IMG/VR virus record: IMGVR_UViG_3300021376_000041
Coordinates: 6,914-70,913 of that record
Strand: one strand, 5' to 3'
Length of the DNA stretch: 64,000 nucleotides
Origin: a virus
Shown here: piece after piece, positions 57,921 to 64,000 of the stretch
Layout of the letters: each line of letters starts with the position of its first letter
How positions within the stretch are numbered: the stretch's first letter is position 1
Notes under the pieces: generated by a model
The model's input: the letters and a program-made list of their open reading frames with translations, nothing else
Database searches by the model: none
What the model was told of the DNA's origin: nothing
Position numbers and translations under genes: made by a program

Positions 57921-59027
57921 ATGTCTACAACATTTAAGACTTTATTAGACGATGACGTAGTATCAACAAAAACCCTATTACACGAAAACATACCAATAAC
58001 TGGTACCATCGTATCTAGTTCGGTATATGGCACTAATAGTATTAAATCATATTCTCATGGCATGTTCCAAAGCGTATATGATTATCCATATTTAAGCTCT
58101 TCTGCGAATCAGCTATTTGATATGATAGTTGGACAAACTGCTAATTCTCCCGGTAGCAGTTCTTCTGACGCATACGCAAAAAAGAAAATAAATATCTATA
58201 ACCAAATGGCACAAGTATTAGCAGGACATGATACTACTGGTTCTGTACTACGTTTTGATAGAGATGGCAACCCATCCAGCACAGAAGATAAATTTACATC
58301 AATGTTTTTCCTTAATTTCTCTCGTCTTCTTGTTAAAGACGAAATTAAAAAAGGAAGTTTTGCATTAACTCTAGGTATAGCTTCTTCTAGTGCTGCTCCT
58401 TTTACCAGCACATGCACCGTTTTGGATGCTAGTGGTTCAACAAATTATTTAATTAATTCACCCGCTGGTGAATATGGCATTCTTTATTCTTCTGGTAGCG
58501 ATTTAAGTGCCGGTAGAAACAATGCAGTTGGTTTTGTATTCTACCAAGCAGGAGTAGCAGCAATTTCTACTGGTATTTTTGCACAATCTGGTACAAACAA
58601 TCCAACATCTTCTATGTCTAGCAGCTATTACGGACAATTGACCGGTACATTAAATGCCTCTGTAAATAACTCTTCTTCTTGGACAATACAAGATTTATTT
58701 AGGTCTGGCACCATTGACCAAGCAAACGCCGCTTTAAGAAATCGCATACAAAATATTACATTTAATAATACAACTGAATTAAATTCTACTATTCATTTTT
58801 GTCGTATAAATCATAATGAATTCAACTATAGTTCTAATCAAACATACCTAACTTCTAGCCAAATAAGAGTTAAGGGCGGAAATGCATCAGCCGCACCAGT
58901 TAGTTATATAACCACTGTTGGATTATATTCTCCAGATAATGAATTGCTAGCCGTAGCTAAATTATCAGAACCAATAAAAAAATCGCCAACTGAGGAGATG
59001 ATACTTCGCGTGCGGTTAGATTACTGA
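57921..59027 (+). CDS. tail/baseplate structural protein
   Basis: EFNYSSN, YITTVGLY...ELLAVAKLSEPIKK...RVRLDY. Confidence 0.75.
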   Translation: MSTTFKTLLDDDVVSTKTLLHENIPITGTIVSSSVYGTNSIKSYSHGMFQSVYDYPYLSSSANQLFDMIVGQTANSPGSSSSDAYAKKKINIYNQMAQVLAGHDTTGSVLRFDRDGNPSSTEDKFTSMFFLNFSRLLVKDEIKKGSFALTLGIASSSAAPFTSTCTVLDASGSTNYLINSPAGEYGILYSSGSDLSAGRNNAVGFVFYQAGVAAISTGIFAQSGTNNPTSSMSSSYYGQLTGTLNASVNNSSSWTIQDLFRSGTIDQANAALRNRIQNITFNNTTELNSTIHFCRINHNEFNYSSNQTYLTSSQIRVKGGNASAAPVSYITTVGLYSPDNELLAVAKLSEPIKKSPTEEMILRVRLDY

Positions 59028-59095
59028 TTTTCATACTTCTTACTTAACACGATTTTTGTTTTCTGCTACTATATACTTTATAGGAGGCAAAAAAC

Positions 59096-60070
59096 ATGCC
59101 AACATATAATAAAATTTGTGAAGCTTGTAAAAAAGATTTTATTGCGGGCAGAAAAGACAAACAATTTTGCTCTGTTGGCTGCATAAAGAAGGAACTTTAC
59201 AAGAAAATTGAACCAAAAAAGCTTATATGCATCTTTTGTAATGCGGAATTCTTCTCAAAAAAACAATCTTCCAAATATTGTTCAAAAACTTGTATTAACA
59301 AGGGCGCTAAATCACATCCCGATGTGCAATTAATATGCAAAGAATGCAATAATCCATTCAATGTTAAATATGTTCATCGCGATAAGCTATTTTGTTCAAG
59401 AAGCTGTGCTACTACACATCAAAATAGAAAGATGTTTGCTGACGATATAGTAAAAACCAAAATTTCAGAAACAAAGAAAGCGCAATATGCATCTGGTGAA
59501 ATCCTGCATCCATTTTCTGGAAGGGCTCACACGGAAGAAACAAAGAAAAAGATATCAAAAATACGTATTGACAATGATCTTTCAAAGGGCGCTAACAATC
59601 CTATGTATGGAAAAAGCCATAGTGAAGAAACAAAACAAAAAATTTCTAATACAAGAATTAAAAAAATTATGAATGGAGATTATTCTCAATGGTTTAAAAA
59701 AGGTACTTTATTTAGTATTAAGCTAAGAAGAGAAATAACGTTTAGAAGCTCTTGGGAGGAAATAGCTTATAAGTTTTTAGAAACTTGTAAAGATGTAAAA
59801 GAATACTCTCCAGAACCCTTTAGTATACCATATAAATATTTTTCAGCAAGAAGGTTATATTTACCAGATATTTTAATTACTTATTATGATGGACGACAAA
59901 AACTAATAGAAATTAAACCAATATCTTTAATAACTGCCGATATTAACCAATCTAAGTTCAAAGCCGCTCGACAATATTGTGAAGAAAAAGGCATCATATT
60001 TGAAGTATGGTCAGAGCAAAAAATAGAAGAATTAAAAAAGTTGCTTGATTTAGAATGCGCTACTATTTAG
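59096..60070 (+). mobile_element. free-standing putative homing endonuclease (CxxC repeats + NUMOD3 + TnsA-like PD-(D/E)xK nuclease)
   Basis: three CxxC..FCS..C repeats; HTEETKKKIS and NPMYGKSHSEETKQKIS (NUMOD3); FRSSWE, EPF.IPY, YLPD, IEIKP; AGGAGG RBS. Confidence 0.85.
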
Positions 60071-60074
60071 TCAT

Positions 60075-60311
60075 ATGTCATATAAAAAATTTGATGAAAC
60101 AGATATAATATTTAATACCGTAAAAACTAAACCAAAGTTTAAATTTAAAATTTATGGTGGTAGTTTATATATTAATAACACAGTAGAAAGTTCTATATAC
60201 TTACAAAAGTTAAATGAAGAAGTTATATATATACCTCCTACTGGCTGTTTGTTAGATTATGCTTATGATTTTTCTTGTGCTGCAAATTCACAGTATGTCG
60301 CTACTATGTAA
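60075..60311 (+). CDS. small structural protein
   Basis: 78 aa; ACTATTTAG motif immediately upstream. Confidence 0.6.
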   Translation: MSYKKFDETDIIFNTVKTKPKFKFKIYGGSLYINNTVESSIYLQKLNEEVIYIPPTGCLLDYAYDFSCAANSQYVATM

Positions 60312-60321
60312 GGTATAGTAT

Positions 60322-60822
60322 ATGTCACTAAATATTAAAGACGGTAATGGGTCGTCAACAACATTAAAAACAACATTAGATTCTGGCGATCATGTCCCGC
60401 ATCATAAAATTGATGGAACTATAACCGTCACTTCCTCTTTAGCTAGTCCTTTAGCTATTACAGGCACCATAACAACTGCTGTTCCTGCGGTTACGACAGT
60501 TACAAAAGCTGCCACTACTTCTTTTTCTTGGAATACGGTAGCTAGTGGAACATTTAATATCGTTAGTGAGAGCGTTTCTAGAAAAGGTTTAACAATATTT
60601 AACCCCGGTCCAAATAATCTATATATTTCTCTTTCTACAAACGGTGGCGTAACGCACGGTTTTACATTATTAAATACGGCAAGCGCACCTACAGTTTATA
60701 CAACAATTTTATACCCATCAGGTACATATATAGCTGATCAAACAAACGCTGGCGTATATTATGGTGGATATTTCATTAGCGGCTCTGCATCAACTGGCAT
60801 ATTTGCTACTTCAATATCATAA
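60322..60822 (+). CDS. Thr/Ser-rich virion protein
   Basis: RKGLTIFN.G...LYI beta-sandwich motif; ITGT/ASGT/ISGS. Confidence 0.65.
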   Translation: MSLNIKDGNGSSTTLKTTLDSGDHVPHHKIDGTITVTSSLASPLAITGTITTAVPAVTTVTKAATTSFSWNTVASGTFNIVSESVSRKGLTIFNPGPNNLYISLSTNGGVTHGFTLLNTASAPTVYTTILYPSGTYIADQTNAGVYYGGYFISGSASTGIFATSIS

Positions 60823-60860
60823 AATATCTTAATTTTTATTTTGTGGTATAATTATATATT

Positions 60861-61841
60861 ATGCCTATTGATAAAACCAAAAATCTTTATTATCTTCCAA
60901 AAGGTGGTTTTTCAAACGCTTTAGAAAACACCTCTTTACAAGATTATAATAAAACTCAATTTGGTGATTTGTTTAGCGGTTTGTTCCCACAATCTGCTTC
61001 AATAGCTTTTTATTGTTTGCCGTATTCGTCTACAAGAATAGATGATAGAAAATATATTTATGCATTAAAAAATGTGTTAAATAGCTATATTGGCGTTAGT
61101 CCGCATTATGAATATAGTTCAAGCATATATGGTAATAAAGAAACGCAAAAAATAAACTTAATCGCCATTCCGAGCGCATTTTATGGTTCTTCTATAGATA
61201 AAGGATCGGTAAAGTTAGAATATTATATATCCGGTACGCTAATAAGCAAACTAGAAGATATAAACAAAAATGGAGAATTAATACAAACTACTGGCTCCAA
61301 TGGATATGATAATGTAGCTGGGGTTATTTTATATAATGAAGGTTTTATTATTTTAACTGGTAGTTGGCAGCTAGACGCCTCTCATCAAGAGATATATGAA
61401 TCTGGTTCTTCCGCCGATTATCCTAGGTGGCTATATTTTGGAGCAGGCAATAGCTCTTGTTCAGTTAATGCACCCAGTTCCAGTTATGATTTAGAATTTG
61501 ATGGTGTAAACTATATAAACACTATAACAATGTTTGCACACGCAGAAAAAAACGATTTAAATCATTCTAATAATCCAACATATATAGAATATTCTAATAT
61601 TAGCAATTTATCTCCTTTGATAAATACAAACACTTATTTAGAAAAGGAATTTTTAACAATAAAAAATACAACTAAATATCCTTATGAAAATTATACCGGC
61701 TCTTTAGAAAAACAAACTTTTATAACAAAAATAGGTATTTTTGATCAAAATAAAAATTTAATAGCTGTAGCAAAAATTTCTAAACCTATTAAAAAAACAG
61801 AAAACAGAGATTTTACTTTTAAATTAAAGTTGGACATATAA
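60861..61841 (+). CDS. tail/baseplate structural protein, paralogous to 57921
   Basis: NHSNNPT, FITKIGIFD...LIAVAKISKPIKK...KLKLDI. Confidence 0.75.
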   Translation: MPIDKTKNLYYLPKGGFSNALENTSLQDYNKTQFGDLFSGLFPQSASIAFYCLPYSSTRIDDRKYIYALKNVLNSYIGVSPHYEYSSSIYGNKETQKINLIAIPSAFYGSSIDKGSVKLEYYISGTLISKLEDINKNGELIQTTGSNGYDNVAGVILYNEGFIILTGSWQLDASHQEIYESGSSADYPRWLYFGAGNSSCSVNAPSSSYDLEFDGVNYINTITMFAHAEKNDLNHSNNPTYIEYSNISNLSPLINTNTYLEKEFLTIKNTTKYPYENYTGSLEKQTFITKIGIFDQNKNLIAVAKISKPIKKTENRDFTFKLKLDI

Positions 61842-61842
61842 T

Positions 61843-63849
61843 ATGTCAGAAACGCTAATTTCGGAAGAAACAAAAAATATTGTTCTTAATCAAAGTTCTA
61901 TAGAAACTGTTGATTCTGCTTTTTTAGAGTATGTAGAAGGTTTAAATATATTTTGTGAAACCTCCAATAATAGAATAAAAGTCCCAGTTATTTGGTCTTC
62001 TGCTGAAAGATCATATCAATTAAAAAACAATGTTGCAATCCGCGATAAACACGGTGCTTTAATAGCACCAATTATTTCTCTTGAAAGATTTAGTATTACT
62101 AAAGACCCAAATAAAAAAGGTAACTTTCAAGCTAATTTATCACCTAAAAACGATAGATATTATATTACTAAAGTTTTAAATCAAGATAAAACTTCTAATT
62201 TTGCAAATGCAGATACGCTAAAAAAAAGCGGTCAATTAAATTTCTTAACTTCAAAGAAAAATAAAAAAATTGTTTATCAACACATGGAAGTTCGCATACC
62301 TGTGTATGTAACAATAGAATATAAAATTAATATTTTTACAAATTATCAGGCTCAAATGAATGAAATAATGGAGCCATTTATTGCCAAAACAGCTCAAAAC
62401 TATTTTATTATCACTAAAGATGACCATAGATTTGAATGTTTCATGGATCCTACTTTTAATACTGATAGTATAGCAAATTTAGGTGAAGAAGAACGTAAAT
62501 ATAAATCTACTATAAGTGTTAAAGTATTGGCACAAATTATTGGCGAAGGCACCAATACAGAAGATCCAATAATTAAAACAAAAGAAAATGCTGTTGAATT
62601 AAAAATACCTAAAGAAAACGTAATCACTGAAGAATCATTAGCAGTTAAAAGAAAACGAGCAATAAAAAAACTTTCTGCCACAAAAACAGAAGTAACACAC
62701 ACAAAAAAGCAAGAAGTAAAAAAAAATACTAATATTGCTAATTCTGGTAAAAAAACTTCTGGCGGTGAAAAAACCGATTCAGAACAAACAAAAAAATTAA
62801 ATACCTCTGCCAGTAACTTAGAAACTATTGATGGTGCTTTATATAATTATCTTGAAGAATTAAACATATTTTGTAATACAAATAATGGATGGGATAAAGT
62901 TCCTCTTATTTGGTCTACTGCCGAACGAGCGTTTCAAATAAAAAATAATAAAGAAATTCGTGACAAAAACGGATCTCTTATACCGCCAATTATCTCAATA
63001 GAAAGAGATAAAGTTACTAAAGACCCAAATAAAAAAGGTAACTTTCAAGCTAATTTATCACCTAAAAACGATAGATATTATATTACTAAAGTTTTAAATC
63101 AAGATAAAACTTCTAATTTTGCAAATGCAGATGCATTGCGTAAAAGTGGACAATTAAATTTCATTACTTCTAAACGTAATGAAAAAGTAGTTTATCAACA
63201 TTATGCCATGCGTATTCCAATTTATATTAATGTGGAATACAAAATTAATATTTTAACTAATTATCAGCTTCAAATGAACGAAATTTTGCAGCCTTTTATG
63301 GCCCATACCGCGCAAAATTATTTTACAATTTCTAAAGATGGTCACACATATGAAGGTTTTTATAATCCCGAGTTTAATCAAGAAGTTATAAGCGATTTAG
63401 GCGAAGAAGAAAGAAAATATAAAACTGTTATTTCTTTAAGAGTGTTAGGTTATTTATTAAGCGAGGGAGATAATAGAGAAGATAGAAATATAGATATATT
63501 TGAAAATGCTGTTGAAATAAAGCTTCCTAAAGAAAAAATAATAATTGATGGCGTAGAGCCAAAGAAAAAGAAACAAAAAGAAATAGCAGGTGGTTATGGG
63601 GTTGAAACACCCGCCGCTACCACCAGTGGAACAATCAAAAAAACATTTATTATTGGTAATGGAGTAGACACCAAATATACTATTAATCACGGTTTAAATA
63701 CCCGTGATGCTTATGTGTCAGTAAGAGAAGATTATGGTGGTTTTTTTCAAGTTATTGCCCACGTAGAATTTCCTAATTTAAATTCTATAGAAGTGGATAT
63801 GGGCGATATTATTGATGAAAATAGCCATGTGGTAACAATAATAGGTTAA
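61843..63849 (+). CDS. tail completion/neck-like protein with a tandemly duplicated domain
   Basis: two copies of ETVD...VPVIW..AER...PIISLER...Y.INI.TNYQ.QMNEI; C-terminal HGLNT module. Confidence 0.65.
   Translation: MSETLISEETKNIVLNQSSIETVDSAFLEYVEGLNIFCETSNNRIKVPVIWSSAERSYQLKNNVAIRDKHGALIAPIISLERFSITKDPNKKGNFQANLSPKNDRYYITKVLNQDKTSNFANADTLKKSGQLNFLTSKKNKKIVYQHMEVRIPVYVTIEYKINIFTNYQAQMNEIMEPFIAKTAQNYFIITKDDHRFECFMDPTFNTDSIANLGEEERKYKSTISVKVLAQIIGEGTNTEDPIIKTKENAVELKIPKENVITEESLAVKRKRAIKKLSATKTEVTHTKKQEVKKNTNIANSGKKTSGGEKTDSEQTKKLNTSASNLETIDGALYNYLEELNIFCNTNNGWDKVPLIWSTAERAFQIKNNKEIRDKNGSLIPPIISIERDKVTKDPNKKGNFQANLSPKNDRYYITKVLNQDKTSNFANADALRKSGQLNFITSKRNEKVVYQHYAMRIPIYINVEYKINILTNYQLQMNEILQPFMAHTAQNYFTISKDGHTYEGFYNPEFNQEVISDLGEEERKYKTVISLRVLGYLLSEGDNREDRNIDIFENAVEIKLPKEKIIIDGVEPKKKKQKEIAGGYGVETPAATTSGTIKKTFIIGNGVDTKYTINHGLNTRDAYVSVREDYGGFFQVIAHVEFPNLNSIEVDMGDIIDENSHVVTIIG
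62096..63132 (+). repeat. 119-bp identical direct repeat (62096-62214 and 63014-63132)
   Basis: base-by-base comparison; offset 918 bp, in frame. Confidence 0.9.
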
Positions 63850-63884
63850 GTAAAAACCAAAATAATTCTTTTCCAAAAATTAAA

Positions 63885-63958
63885 ACTATTTATTATACAG
63901 CGATTTTAATCGGTTGTTTAGGTTAAAATCGTTAGTTTATTATCCGCTCTATAGAGCA
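63885..63958 (+). promoter_or_regulatory. late-promoter motif followed by a structured leader
   Basis: ACTATTTAT at 63885; CGATTTTAATC/GGTTAAAATCG hairpin at 63901-63931; GCTCTATAGAGC palindrome. Confidence 0.5.
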
Positions 63959-63973
63959 AGGAAATGCATTAAA

Positions 63974-64000
63974 ATGGCTAATGGATTAAAGATTTTAACA
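63974..64000 (+). CDS. start of a gene truncated by the window edge
   Basis: AAGGA upstream, ATG GCT AAT GGA TTA AAG... Confidence 0.5.

Noticed and set aside
59028-60074. Intron surrounding the homing endonuclease
   Set aside because: The flanks are short, lack group I/II core motifs, and the upstream gene ends normally at RVRLDY
62096-63132. Diversity-generating retroelement TR/VR pair
   Set aside because: The core copies are identical, flanking differences are not adenine-specific, both copies are coding, and there is no reverse transcriptase in the window
1750-63690. Short minus-strand and nested alternative-frame ORFs in the track (e.g. 4213-4698, 6630-7055, 19848-20213, 34976-35344)
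   Set aside because: They shadow well-supported plus-strand genes and show no motifs or RBS; only 10988-11812 is credible on the minus strand
1-64000. Stop-codon reassignment
   Set aside because: Genes are full length in code 11, and TAA, TAG and TGA all end conserved genes at the expected positions

Overview
AT-rich (about 27-30% GC by eye), gene-dense segment, almost entirely on the + strand, from a large contractile-tailed (jumbo myovirus-like) bacteriophage using the standard genetic code. 1-17.3 kb holds accessory, regulatory and head-associated genes: SLT transglycosylase, HNH, DEDDh exonuclease, GH19 endolysin, ClpP, trypsin-like protease, SpoU methylase, PIN-PhoH and a PD-(D/E)xK nuclease. 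17.3-28.9 kb is a 12-gene nucleotide-sugar/glycosyltransferase cluster whose first GT4 gene is split by a 251-nt ORF-less group I intron. 29.6-64 kb holds a phage sigma factor and the baseplate/tail module, with a free-standing homing endonuclease. The most striking item is a ~288-nt structured ncRNA at 8987-9274. Its two ends reproduce the 23S rRNA GTPase-associated centre (L11-binding H43/H44), including the compensatory change of the 1072-1092-1099 base triple, around a ~210-nt folded insert. Also notable: a candidate virion glycosylation system (glycan cluster plus S/T-G-S-rich structural proteins), an intron that appears to lack P9, a recurring ACTANTTA late-promoter motif and several exact repeats. 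All calls come from reading the sequence and recognising motifs; no searches were run.
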